The notes beneath the pieces were generated by a model. The model made no database searches. It worked only from the letters and a program-made list of their open reading frames with translations, and was not told where the DNA came from. A stretch of 64,000 nt of DNA, taken from positions 5,084,001 to 5,148,000 of the forward strand of contig OZ024754.1 of the NCBI GenBank assembly GCA_964016885.1, written 5' to 3'. Position numbers and translations under genes: made by a program. This document shows, piece by piece, positions 16,600 to 29,892 of the stretch (its first letter is position 1; every line of letters begins with the position of its first letter). This DNA comes from Eledone cirrhosa (Eukaryota).

Positions 16600-18105
16600 C
16601 ACAACAATAACTACTACAACAGCAGCAACAATAACTACAATAACAACAGCAGCAACAATAACTACAATAACAACAGCAGCAGCAACAATAACTACAACAA
16701 CAGCAGCAGCAACAATAACTATAACAGCAACAACAACAACAACAACAACCATCTTTTCATGTATGTCAACATAACTACTGTACAGATTGATTTCTTCTGG
16801 GAAAAAAATGAACTGTTGTTTGGTGGTTGTGTTGGTGGTGGTGTTGTTGGTGGTGTTGTTTGGTGGTTGTGGTGGTGGTGGTGGTGGTGTTGTTGTTTGG
16901 TGGTGTTGGTGGTGGTGTTGTTGGTGGTGTTGTTGTTTGGTGGTTGTGTTGGTGGTGTTTGGTGGTTGTGGTTGTGTTGGTGGTGGTGTTGGTGTTGTTT
17001 GGTGGTTGTGGTGGTGTTGTTGTTTGGTGGTTGTGGTGATTTTGGTGGTGTTGGTGGTGGTGTTGTTGGTGGTGTTGTTGTTTGGTGGTGTTTGGTGGTT
17101 GTGGTTGTGTTGGTGGTGGTGGTGTTGTTTGGTGGTTGTGTTGGTGGTGGTGTTGGTGGTGTTGTTGTTGGTGTTAGTGGTGGTGTTAGTGGTGTTGTTT
17201 GGTGGTTGTGTTGGTGGTGGTGTTGTTTGGTGGTTGTGTTGGTGTTGGTGGTTGGTGTTGTTATTGGTGGTGGTGTTGTTGTTGGTGTCAGTACTGGTGG
17301 TGTTGCAGCTTTATATATTTGCTGTGGCGGTGGTTGTAGTGTTAGTGGTGGTGTTGGTGGTGGTGATGATAATAATGTTACATTAGGCAGGTATGCAGTC
17401 AGCTGTAGTATTTTTATGAATAGCCTCCAGTTACTAAACTAGATTGATGTTGTGGTAGCTGTGGTATTGGTTGTGGTAGCTGTGGTATTGGTGGTGGTAG
17501 CTGTGGTATTGGTGGTGGTAGCTGTGGTATTGGTGGTGGTAGCTGTGGTATTGGTGGTGGTAGCTGTGGTATTGGTGGTGGTAGCTGTGGTATTGGTGGT
17601 GGTAGCTGTGGTATTGGTGGTGGTAGCTGTGGTATTGGTGGTGGTAGCTGTGGTATTGGTAGTGGTAGCTGTGGTATTGGTTGTGGTTGTCATGATGGTG
17701 GTGGTTGTGGTAGCTGTGGTATTGGTGGTTGTGGTTGTCATGATGGTGGTCGTTGTGGTATTGGTGGTAGTGGTGGTTGTCATGATTGTGGTTGTTGTGG
17801 TATTGGTGGTAGTGGTGGTTGTCATGATTGTGTTAGTGATGATGGTGGTGGTGGTGGTTGTGGCTGTGCCGGTGGAGGTTGTCATGATGGTGCTATTGGT
17901 AGATGTGATAATGATGATGAGGATTTGGTTGTTGCGATGATGATGATGGTGGTATTGGTAGCCGTGATGGTAATGGTGTTGGTGGTTGTCATAATGGTTA
18001 TTTATGTTATTTGCAGTGGTGGTGATGATGGTGATGGTTGTATTGGTAGCTGTTGTGATGGTGGTGGTGGTAGCTGTCATTTTGTTGTCACCACCACCAC
18101 CACCA
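16600..18105. repeat. (ACA)n and (GGT/TGT)n fields, with a 21-bp array at 17452-17685
   Basis: GTGGTAGCTGTGGTATTGGTG repeated about 11 times. Confidence 0.95.
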
Positions 18106-19007
18106 TCGCTATGTGTTCAGAGAACCACCTATCCTCCTACATTTACTTTAAATTGGAGGACGAAGGGTTAACAGTTTGTCAATTCAAATGTTTATAGTAT
18201 CTTCACTACATAACAGATTATATTAAAACTATGCCGTATGATAGAGCAAGACACCAGAACTTCAGTTTTTTAATGTAATGCCATGGAGTCAGTTATATTC
18301 TTCCTGTTTTATACTTTTCAAGAATATCTTACCAATGCCATTTCATGCAATACAGGTCATTAACAGCTAAATTATGTAGATAGCCTTTCTTCTCTTTGAA
18401 TAATTCCTCCTTTCTCTGTGTTCTTCATATATTTCCTCTCTCCTGTAGACCACCACATGTATAGTGTTTGGATTTGGTGTCTTTTTGGTAGAATTTTGTT
18501 TCATTCTTTTTTTTTTTTTTTTGATTATTTTTATTTGGAATGTTTCTTGTTTACCATTTCTCTTGAAAAATTCAATACCATGCCATCCAACCACTTATAT
18601 ATTCCTTTTAACTTAACAAATATTTCACCGCTACGCTATGTGGTTTGTTTTTTACTCTCCAGTCTCAAGTGTAATATCTATCCTGTTTTGATCTATAAGT
18701 CTAAACCAATGCCTTTTTACAGCAGCTGCTGCTGCTGCTACTACTACTGCAGCTGCTGCTACTACTGCTGCTACTAGTGCTGTTGTTGTTTTATATTTTT
18801 TTTTGTTGTTTTGTACACACATCACTTGTAATGTTTTGGGGTTTTGTTGTAATTTTTATATTTGTTTCTTCTACACATGGATGACTTTTGTTGTTGTTTT
18901 TTTTCTTCTCCCCCTCCCTTTTCTTTGTTTGTTCTTTTGCCGGGAGCGGGTAGGGTCTTCTATTCCCTTCCCTGGAACTTATAACGAACTTATAACAGAA
19001 GTATGAT

Positions 19008-19042
<35 letters not shown>

Positions 19043-19044
19043 GA

Positions 19045-19182
19045 ATGAAAATATTCAGGACCCAGACGGCTGAGCTCAGCCGTCTGGGTCCTGAATCTGT
19101 TCATATTACCCGCTCTACTACCCTAAGTATTGAGTACTCTGGTTCTTTATGGTCCATCTGGTATCTTACCACACCTTCTTTG

Positions 19183-19185
<3 letters not shown>
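19045..19185 (+). mobile_element. Half-hammerhead repeat family copy with a 44-bp perfect palindrome
   Basis: Palindrome 19053-19096, then the family tail CTCTACTACCCTAAGTATTGAGTACTCTGG...CTTACCACA shared with 39157, 44031 and 48375. Confidence 0.75.
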
Positions 19186-19230
<45 letters not shown>

Positions 19231-19299
19231 AAAATTAAATTAAGGGTGTCATGTCCGAGAGACAAATTATCTCCTGTGATTGTTTCATATGTTTATTTT

Positions 19300-19352
<53 letters not shown>

Positions 19353-19476
19353 GTAGGAGGTGAGTTTTATTGTAGTACAATAAAGCAATGCAGATATCGG
19401 ATAAGAAGCACTCTACAGTTTGTGGGACTGGAGTATGCATAATATAAGATCAAAAGATGGTTAAAGGAGTTCCATA

Positions 19477-19547
19477 TATTTTATTATGCGTATTTCAAAA
19501 ACAAACATCATCAAACAATAATATTTGTGTTTTCATCAGATAAAACA
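19477..19547 (-). ncRNA. Minimal type I hammerhead motif (inverted copy)
   Basis: Mirror of 19662-19732. Stem III reads ATACGCAT, one change from the palindrome. Confidence 0.75.
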
Positions 19548-19661
19548 GGAGAACTTGATATGAAGGCTAAAAAACACTTGTTGATAGTGCAGTTTGAATA
19601 ATATGTTGATTTAAAACTGCACTATCAACAAGTGTTTTTTAGCCTTCATATCATGTTCTCC

Positions 19662-19732
19662 TGTTTTATCTGATGAAAACACAAATATTATTGTTTGATG
19701 ATGTTTGTTTTTGAAATGCGCATAATAAAATA
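19662..19732 (+). ncRNA. Minimal type I hammerhead ribozyme motif
   Basis: Stem I TGTTTTAT/ATAAAATA. CTGATGA 19670-19676. 16-bp stem II AAACACAAATATTATT-GTTT-GATGATGTTTGTTTTT with G-U pairs and one mismatch. GAAA 19713-19716. Palindromic stem III ATGCGCAT. Cleavage after AUA at 19724. Confidence 0.82.
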
Positions 19733-19839
19733 TATGGAACTCCTTTAACCATCTTTTGATCTTATATTATATATATATATATATATATGTGTGTCAATCA
19801 ATTTCTAGATGATATATAAATTTTTTTTTACCAAAAAAA

Positions 19840-19906
19840 TGTTTAGTTGTCAAAATGAGGGTGTGTCCTCAAGGACGAAGCATCTTTGGCACCGGGAAAT
19901 ACGGTA
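19840..19906. mobile_element. Single terminus of a pogo/Tigger-like DNA transposon
   Basis: The reverse complement reads TACCGTATTTCCCGG...GACACACCCTCATTTT, resembling the TA-CCGTATTT terminal repeat class. No partner end was found. Confidence 0.5.
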
Positions 19907-20437
19907 TATATGTGTGTGTGTGTGTGCGGATGTAAAATGATGACGTGATGGCGATGCATTTGTTTTGCAAGGATTTTGATATGAAATTGTGTGTCGAAAC
20001 AGAATAAAATAAATGATTTCTAAAGTTATATTACCCATTGTGTACATTTAATTACCATTATTCGATGAGTTTCAAATAATTTTTTTTTTTTTTTAATTAT
20101 CAAGAATTTTGAGGGATTTAGTAATATAACTTTCTCATTATTATTAAGTTGGTGCTTGGAACACAGCTTAACAAAGGTTCTAATATAATGTTACAATGAA
20201 CGTTTTATAGATAGATATACACATCATTGTATCACAGACTCAGTAGTGGGTTCAGGTGTTTTGGTATTGAAATGGTTAATTATGGGGTAGTGTTGGATGA
20301 GCAAGGACTCTTGTAAAGGCAATGAACATATTCATTGTTGGTAGGAATCTACAAGATTTCAAATCAAAAATTAGTTCTGGAAAAACCTTCATTACATTTC
20401 TGATAAGTTATTCCATGTTATTTGTTTAGAGTGAATT

Positions 20438-20626
20438 GGGCGGTGAATTGGCAGTATCGGTGGAGGGTAGGATATGCTTTCCAGCATAGTTACGTCCCTT
20501 TACGATCTGAGTTCAATTCCCGCCGAGGTTTACTTTGCCTTTCATCCTTACGGGGTCGATAAAATAAAGTACCAGTAATGTACTGGGATAATTGCTGGCC
20601 TTGTGCCAAAAGTAGAAACAGTTATT
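20438..20626 (+). mobile_element. Near full-length tRNA-type SINE family A (Meta-domain-like centre)
   Basis: GGCGGTGAATTGGCAG head, B-box GAGTTCAATTC, centre TTTGCCTTTCATCCTTACGGGGTCGATAAAATAAAGTACCAG, tail GGCCTTGTGCCAAAAGTAGAAAC. About 20 copies or fragments occur in the window. Confidence 0.9.
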
Positions 20627-20775
20627 TGTTTAGAGTTTATTTAAACTCTAAAACTTGGTATTTAAGTATTTCTTTTAACGATGATAAATTAAATTGTTCA
20701 TTATCATCATCGCCATACTGATCTCTCTCTCTCTGTATCTCTCCCTCTCTGTATCTCTCTCTCTGTATCTCACTA

Positions 20776-20807
<32 letters not shown>

Positions 20808-21299
20808 CCCATGACAATTTTGCTATGCTAATTATCTTGTCTTCAATCCTTTGTATCACACACACGCACGCATTCTCTCTCTTTCTCTCTCTCTCACTTT
20901 CCCTTTTGCTCATTCCTCTCTCTACCTTATATTCTTTTGTAAAACGTTAACTCTCCCCAGTCCACACCTTACAGTTGCTGTTGTTGTTGTTGTTGCTGTT
21001 GTTGTTGTTGTAGCTGTTGCATAATCTTGTATAAAATTGTAACAATTCTTTATTGTGTGACTCTGCAATGATTAAACATTTTCTTTTGTCACAAACTGTT
21101 CTTCGATGAAGACTTTAACGATTGCAATTTACCTTTGAAAGTCACACCTGATGCAGTTTTTAATTTATTCTGTTTAATTTAATTTAATTTAATTTTTTTC
21201 TTTCTTTCTTTAAAAAACGAGATTGATGTTGTTTACATAAAACAATTTTTAACTAATTACAACATGATGTTAATAACATGTTCTAACACATGACGAGTT

Positions 21300-21485
21300 T
21301 TAATTAGAATGCCAGGTACTATAAGCTAAATTTTACAGAAGTAATTAGAATACCACATACTATGTAGTAAATTTCACAGAAGTAATTACAACGCCAGGTA
21401 CTATAAGCTAAATTTTACAGAAGTAATTAGAATACCACGTACTATGTAGTAAATTTCACAGAAATAATTAAAACACCAGGTACTA
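21300..21485. repeat. ~82-bp direct duplication
   Basis: GCCAGGTACTATAAGCTAAATTTTACAGAAGTAATTAGAATACCAC.TACTATGTAGTAAATTTCACAGAA occurs twice. Confidence 0.85.
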
Positions 21486-22132
21486 GTACTATACAGGGTC
21501 GATAAAATAAAGCACCTGTAATGTACTGGGGTCGATTTAATCGACTTTCCCCTCTCTCCAAATTACTGGCCTTGTGCCTAAATTAGAAACAATTATTATA
21601 AAGTACCAGTAATGCACTGAGTAATTGCTGGCCTTGTGCCAAAAGTAGAAACAATTATTATTACGATCATCATTATTATTATTATTTATTGTTGTGCTTA
21701 TCCTACAGTATTATATTCATTATTCTGTGTTAACATAGCTGAGATGGGTTTTTTTTTTACAAATTTATACAGCAACTGCATTTTTTTCTGCAGTAATTGT
21801 TATTGCAGCTGGCTACTAATAGTGAAGTATTTCCCTGTGATATAAGAAATAGAATCAGATTTTTGTCTAAATGTTTGGCAGAGTTCTAATAGAACAACTC
21901 ACTTATTATGATTACCATGCATATTTAGCTGTGGTTTCATTTATCATTTAATGTCCTGTACCCTATGAAACCGCATTAGCAAGACATTCTTTAAAAAAGT
22001 ATAAAATAGTCCTATGACTGCATTACATTAAATATTGAAGTCTTTACTCTAATACTACAAATTTTTGTAATGATCTGTCCACTTGTAAAGATACTATAAA
22101 CATATGAATTAACAAACCTTTGTTTTCATATA

Positions 22133-22588
22133 TTAACCCATTAGCATTTACATTACTCTATATTTACAATTGTATTTTTGTGGTAAAGGCTTTATCTCAC
22201 ATAATATTGAGTCTTTGAGATTTTGATATTATTTATCTTGAGAACAATACCTTAACCCTTTACCATTTAAACTGGCCATATCTGGCCAGAATTCTCTCAC
22301 CTCTTTCTGTTCAAACCAGCTGTAACTGGCCACTCATACTTATGTTAAGGTATTGTTCTCAAAATAAATAACATCAAAATTTCGTTGGTTCAATATTATG
22401 TGAGATAATTATGAAAGATAAACCCTTTACCACACAAATACAATGGTATATATATATATATATATATATATAGAGTAATGTAAATAGTAAAGGGTTAATG
22501 TCAGTATGAACGGTCGATAATCAGTTTAAACAGAAAGAGGTAAGAGAATTCTGACCGGATATGACCAGTTTAAATGCTAAAAGGTTAA
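22133..22588 (-). mobile_element. Family-1 MITE (outer element)
   Basis: TTAACCCATTAGCATTTA...TAAATGCTAAAAGGTTAA, interrupted at its internal TTAA (AACAATACC-TTAA-TGTCAGTATG, compared with the uninterrupted site near 2654-2676). Confidence 0.85.
22252..22498 (+). mobile_element. Family-1 MITE nested in the opposite orientation
   Basis: TTAACCCTTTACCATTTA...TAAATAGTAAAGGGTTAA, a terminal inverted repeat with TTAA duplication. Confidence 0.9.
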
Positions 22589-23111
22589 AGTCTTTGCTAC
22601 AAATTTTCATAATAATCTCTCCACTAGTAAAGATACTATAAACATTTGAATTAACAAACCTGTGTTTTCATATATTTTCAACAAAATCATTTCCATGATA
22701 TTAAAGAGTTACTAATATCAGTAAACAGACTAACCTTTTCAAGTGTAACTGAAAACAAAAGAAAAAACGAACAGGACATGATCTTTCAGTGCTTCCTGCT
22801 CTCGAGGAATTGAGTGTGTGCCAACATGGAAGTACAGATTAGATTTCTATAACAATGAAAGAATCTCGGTGGTTTTCTAACAGGGAAAATCACAGTTTAG
22901 ACATAATGACATGACATTTTCCTCCTCTGATCAGGAGTCAGAAGTAGAGAGAAAAAAAAAAAATGAAATGAAATTTGCTGTTCATACTTACATACAGGCT
23001 TAGCTGACTTCCTACAAGGTCGTGTCTCATGAGATGATCTTGAGGGTTTTAATGACAGGGACCTGAATTATCGCGTGTCATGCCATGTCATGTCATGAAA
23101 AGCAATGAAAA

Positions 23112-23315
23112 ATAAAGTGTCCTGCTCAAGAACACAACACTGCCTGGTCCAGAAATCAAACTGATGGCATTATGATTCTGAACTCAGCACCACTAACCAC
23201 TAGGTCCCGAAATGCCTTGCTCAAGAACACAACACACTGGCCAGTCCAGAAATCAAACCCTTGACATTATGATTGTGAGCTCAATAACACTAACTACTAG
23301 GTCCCATAGCTTCAC
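23112..23315 (-). mobile_element. Two diverged SINE-B heads in tandem
   Basis: TGCTCAAGAACACAACAC...GTCCAGAAATCAAAC...CACTAAC.ACTAGG occurs twice. Confidence 0.7.
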
Positions 23316-24709
23316 AGTTAGGGGTTAGAATATTTGTTGGTAGGGGTCCTTAAAGAATATTTGGAAACCAGAGTTATATTTGTCTTAAAACCTACCATCA
23401 TAATTTCATGTAAGAACCTCTATGTTTTATATGAGGGATTAGTTATATTTCTAAACCTTTCTAAATTCCTGATTATTTTTGAAATTATTTGAAAATCCAA
23501 GGCAGGGTCTTTCACGAGAAATATGGTTACACAGACACTCACACTCATACACACTCACACTCACTCACACTCACACACACATACTCACACACTCACACAC
23601 ACACACTCAGGTACACATACACTCACACAGGCATAACATCACAATGTTATAGAATACATTCAGATAAATTCTCTATATCTGAAGAGTATCTCACATTGTT
23701 GCTAGATTCTCAAGATATTCTTCCTGTGTGGTTCTATAAGTCAAAGACAGTTATAATTCCACAGTTTACCACTTGCTTACCCAGCACCCAGCGCCAAAGG
23801 AGCCCCTCCACTTCTGCCATATCAACTATCAGTTTTGCTTAATTTTCTCAGCACCTAATACAACACAATAATTCTTTTATTACCTTCATCTCGCATTGGG
23901 AAAATACCAAACTATGTATTTGGTTCTCTCTCTCTCTACCTCTTCTCATTCTTTCCCCCTCTCTCTCTCTCTTCCCATTCCCCCCCTATCTTCTCATTCT
24001 CCCCCTCTCTATATCTCTCCTCATTCTCTCTCTCTCCACTCTTTCTCCATACATCTCTCAATACATCTCTCTCCCCTCATTCTCTGTCTTCCTTTTCTCT
24101 CTCTATCTCCTCTCTCTTTCCCCCTCTCTCTCTCCCCCCCCCCCTCTCTCTCTCTTCCCCCCCTCTCTCTCTTCCCCCCTCTCTCTCTCTTCCCCCCCTC
24201 TCTCTCTCTCAATACCTGATGCTGTAGTCTATCTATAAAACAATCAAACAATGAAGAGAATCTTTATTCAACAAATTTCAGTTCAGTTCAATTCAATAAT
24301 GAAAGTATGAGAAAAGGGAGTGGTATGGGGGGCAACCTCTCTCAAGCAGTTGCCCACTGTTTACCTATGACATAACCCATCTTAGGGTGGGCTAAACTAA
24401 TGCTACCTTGAAAGAGCTACAGTCCTTTATATTAAACCAAACACCTTGACAGCTAATGCTACCATGAAGGGTTATAGTGATTTTATTTTATAATACATAT
24501 AGTCTGTTAGTTTGACATTGGTACCAAGTATAAGTTGACTGTGGAGTCTGGTAGATTACATAGCAGGCTGACTACCCAGGGGTCCCCCCCCCTCTCTCTC
24601 TCATGATTCAGGTAATGATTATTTTACCCCCCCCCCCCTCCTCCCTCATCCCATTAGAAATAATCCCTTGGCTCTTTATATTAATTATAACATCTCCTTG
24701 CCTAATCAA

Positions 24710-25185
24710 TGCTACCACCACTACCACCACTACTACTACTACTACTACCACCACTACTACTACTACTACCACCACCACTACTGTTACTACCACCACTACT
24801 CCTACTCCTACTACTGCTACTGTTACTACTACTACTACCACCACCACTACTATCATTTTAACAACCACTGCTACTGCTGCTACCACCACCACTACTACTA
24901 CTACAACCACCACCACTCCTACCACCACTCCTACTACTACCACCACCACCACTACTACAACCACCACCACTCCTACTACTACCACCACCACTCCTACTAC
25001 TACCACCACCACTCCTACTACTACTACCACTACAACCACCACCTCCACTACCACCACTACCACTACCACCACCACCACTACTACTACAACCACCACCACT
25101 CCTATTTCTACCACAAACCACCACCACTCCTACTACTACCACCACTACCACCACCACTACCACTACAACCACCACCACTACCATC
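24710..25185. repeat. (ACT/ACC)n microsatellite field
   Basis: Direct reading. Confidence 0.95.
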
Positions 25186-25596
25186 ATTGCTCCTGCTGCT
25201 GTTAATTTAGCCCCAGGTGGTCTCAGGTTTATTCAGGGTTACCTTATTCTTGCTAAAAATTCCTCTTAATCACATTGGCATCGCATTTCCTTCTCCAATG
25301 GCAACCGTTTCCGTTGAGCCTCTTTCCTGCTCTTCCGTCTTTTTCTGAGTTTTTTTTTTGTTTTTGTTTTTGTTTTTGTTTGTAGTGGGGTTTTTTGTAA
25401 ACCCCCCCCCCCTCTCTGCTCTGCTCTTCGTCTCTGTCTTAGTTCCATTTCTGATGTCAGCGAAGGTTACATCAGCAGCACTAACCAGCCACTCACCATC
25501 ACAATCATAATCACCATCATCATCATCATCATCATCATCATCACTGTCATCATCATCATCACCGTCATCATCATAATCACCATCATCATCACCGTC

Positions 25597-25627
<31 letters not shown>

Positions 25628-25853
25628 CCATCATCATCACCGTCATCATCATCATCATCATCACTGTCATCATCATCATCACTATCAGCATCAATCAAGT
25701 CAGGATTGGAACTTGACTTTATCTTTTGAAAACTATATCAATAAATATCTCAATAAATAAATCTCTTGAGTGTCGAAATCCTAGTTCTGTGTTTCTGTTG
25801 CTTCTGTTGCTCTACCGACTTCTTCAAAGATAGATGGGTGGGGGTGAGAGAGA

Positions 25854-25884
<31 letters not shown>

Positions 25885-25889
<5 letters not shown>

Positions 25890-25912
25890 GCATTGCTGAG
25901 TGTGTATGTATG

Positions 25913-25943
<31 letters not shown>

Positions 25944-26112
25944 ATGTATATATATATAGCATTGCTGAGTGTGTATGTATGTATGTATATATATATATAT
26001 ATATATGTGTGTGTATGTATATATATATATAGCATTGCTGAGTGTGTATGTATGTATATATATATATATATATATGTGTATGTATATATATAGCATTGTT
26101 GAGTGTGTATGT
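25885..26112. repeat. Anchor-plus-microsatellite repeat x4
   Basis: TAGCATTGCTGAGTGTGTATG separated by variable (TA)/(TG) tracts. Confidence 0.85.
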
Positions 26113-26165
26113 AACCATTGCTTCTGTACCAATTTCTTTATATATAATATATATATATATATATC

Positions 26166-26200
<35 letters not shown>

Positions 26201-26331
26201 AAGCTATAGTTGTAGATAAATCAAGGTAGATAGAGGTTGATATATATACACATAGATAGAGGTATATATATATATATATACATACACAGATAAATAAATA
26301 GATAGATAGATATACAAATAGATAGAGGTTG

Positions 26332-26362
<31 letters not shown>

Positions 26363-26376
26363 TATAGGTAGAGAGA

Positions 26377-26416
<40 letters not shown>

Positions 26417-26466
26417 TATACAGATATAGGTAGATTTATATATATATAAAAATATATACAGACAGT

Positions 26467-26546
<80 letters not shown>

Positions 26547-27435
26547 TAGGTAGATATATATATACAGATAAATAGATAGATATATAAATACAGCTAGATA
26601 TATAGCCATGCCATGTGTGCACTGGTGGCTGAGGTGTCTTGCTCAACACATCGATTCTTTTAGTTTTGTTTTTTTTCCATCAAGTGTCATATTTCTTGTA
26701 TTTAGCATGGAGAGGAGGAGGTGGAAGAGGAACAGTGATCAATAGTTCTGCTGTAAGATCTTAAAGGTTGTGTATGGGCAATACTAGATCAGATCGTCAT
26801 TGTATTGATCCTTTGGGAGAAACCAATAAATCACATTTTTTTTTTCCTAGTGATGGGTGCTATTTTCGGGTTACAGTGTAGCTGTGGTTTTAGTCAAGTT
26901 TTTTTTTACTCTTTTTTAACTTCTTTTCTTAACATTTTTTCTTTTATTATTTTTTTGGTGGGTTGAGGGGTAATTTATTTTTTATAATTCTTTGGCTTTA
27001 TTTTATTGTTGTTATTGTTTCGGTGTGTATGTATGTGCTTTTCTCTTTTTTTTTTTTTTTTTGAAAAAAAAAAAAGGGAAATTTTTGTTTTATATAATTC
27101 TTTGGCTTTATTTTATTATTGTTTTCGTGTGTATTTTTTTTATATATTTGTATTTTTTTTTGTACATATGTATGTGCTTTTCTCTTCTTTTTTTTTTTTT
27201 TTTGAAAAAAAAAAAAAGAGAGAAAATTTCTAAATCCCTATATGACATCTGTGAGCGAGATAAAATGTTTTAAAGTACCTTCAGACAGAGAAGAGCTAAA
27301 TAAACACTAGATTCTGTAATATAAATTCACCCCCCTACACACTACACACAACACACACGCATTCATGTGGCTTTTCTTATTCGATATATTGGCACATTCA
27401 AATTTTGTGATTGATCTTTCTTTCTCTCTCTCTGT

Positions 27436-27471
<36 letters not shown>

Positions 27472-27639
27472 CATCATCATCATCATCGATTAACGTCTAT
27501 CTTCCACGCTAGCATGGGTTAGACAGGTTTGCCCCAATTAGAGGCAAGATGGGTCGGGTGACTGTGACTCGCTCATATAGGAGAACTTCTGGTTGGTTTT
27601 CTACGGCTGGATGCCCTTCCTAACGCCAACCATATATAT

Positions 27640-27845
27640 ATTGAATATTTTCAAAATTATTTGTAAGAACTTTGCTAAGTCATGTTCCAAACACCCAATC
27701 TAACAACTTATATAACTAAATCCCTCAAAATCCTTGTTTATTTTTGAAATAATTTGTAAGAACTTTGCTAAGTTATATTCTAAACACCCAATTTAACAAC
27801 TTATATAACTATATCACTCAAAATCATTAAATATTTTCAGACCTA
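27640..27845. repeat. ~93-bp direct duplication (MITE-2-like sequence)
   Basis: ATTTGTAAGAACTTTGCTAAGT...AAACACCCAAT.TAACAACTTATATAACTA occurs twice. Confidence 0.8.
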
Positions 27846-28101
27846 TTTGAACCCTAGGCAGTTAGCTACCATTATAAATAAGGTAACAAAAAGGTTACAA
27901 CATGGCAGCCTTACAGTATATTAATAGTCTAGAATGATCCATTATGAATATCTATGGACTGTGAAAGCTTTAAGATATTTATTTAACAGGTTAAAATAGA
28001 ATAGTTAAAGATAGGAACCATTAAAGGGTATATAGAAAGGAATTGAAGAGTATTAACTTCACATAGTGACATACCTGCCCTGAGTGTTGCCTCCATCATT
28101 G

Positions 28102-28145
<44 letters not shown>

Positions 28146-28340
28146 CGTACACATATATATATTCAGACATATATCTTTCTCTCTATATATATATACATAC
28201 ATATGTACACATGTATATATTCACAGACATATCTTTCTCTCTATATAGAAACATACAATATATATATACATAAATACATACACACACAACACACACATAT
28301 ATGTGTGCATGCATGTGTGTATATATATATATATGTGCAT

Positions 28341-28398
<58 letters not shown>

Positions 28399-28861
28399 AT
28401 ATATATGTTGTGTGTATGTATATGTGTGTATATATATATATATATAATGTGCGTGTGTGTATATATATGTTATATATGTTGTGTGTATATATATATATAA
28501 TGTGTCAAGCAATGAAGTGGTTGGTAGCTGTTGGACCAGTGAAAGAAAGAGTGGTATTTGTGAGAAAGACTAGGAAGCTGATGTCAGAAATGGTCTCAGA
28601 AATTACATTTAGAGATTCTTCAGAGTGAATGGTAAAAAAAAAAGAAATGAAATAATTGGTATTGGACTGAGCCAGATGGAGGGGAGAGAGGATGGTGGGA
28701 ATTGATTCGACCATAACTAGCACGGAAGGGGGGGGGGGCAGGTAAGATAGGTGTCAAACTATAGTATATAGCTTAAAACGTGAAAGGTGTGTATTTTTTT
28801 TTTTTTAGATAACTTTTTGTATATAGGTATATGTATATAAGTGTATATGTACACACAAATG

Positions 28862-28896
<35 letters not shown>

Positions 28897-29015
28897 ATAC
28901 ATGTATGTATGTGTGTATATATGTGTGTGTGTGTGTGTATGAGTGTGTGTATATACATATGTATGTGTGTGTGTATATATATATATGTGTGTATATATAT
29001 ATATGTATGTGTGTT

Positions 29016-29048
<33 letters not shown>

Positions 29049-29127
29049 GTGTGTGTGTGTGTGTATATATATATGTATGTGTATATATATATGTATGTAT
29101 ATGTATGTGTGTGTGTGTTTATATATA

Positions 29128-29159
<32 letters not shown>

Positions 29160-29600
29160 AAATAAATGTACTGAAAGTGTTATACCTAAAGCACAGTGAT
29201 TTTTAGCCTTGATGTACTGAAGACATTTAAAAAGTATATGTTTCCCTGTAGACACCATGTGTGAGCATACACACACACATACACAAAGCCACAGAAACAC
29301 ACACACACACACACACAAAGCCACAGAAACACACACACATTAACACACTAGCATGCACTAACACAGAGGTCAGTTCTACAGTAACAAAATTTCATCGGTA
29401 TATTTTCACCATCCAATTTGATGCATGTCAATAAGTGGCTTTAAGCAGACAGCGTAATAACTTTTCCTACTTATATATATATGTGTGTGTGTATATATAT
29501 GGATCTGCATATATATATATATATATATATATAGCATCTATATAGTATTTGTGTCTTGCAAGCAGGGAAAAGCAGACGTATAATGATCATGACGATGATG

Positions 29601-29632
<32 letters not shown>

Positions 29633-29793
29633 TACACGTATATATCGAGAGAAAGATATATATATATATATATATCTTTCTCTCTCTATATATATATATG
29701 TGTGTGTGTATATATGTATATATATAGTGTATATATATATATATATATACACACTACACATATATATCGAAAGATATATTATATATATATCTT

Positions 29794-29824
<31 letters not shown>

Positions 29825-29860
29825 GTGTGTGCATATGTATGTATATATATATATATAGTG

Positions 29861-29892
<32 letters not shown>

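Larger units (their letters stand above)
19439..19770. repeat. Long foldback palindrome (157-bp arms, 18-nt spacer)
   Basis: 19439-19595 is the reverse complement of 19614-19770 with two mismatches seen. Confidence 0.95.
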
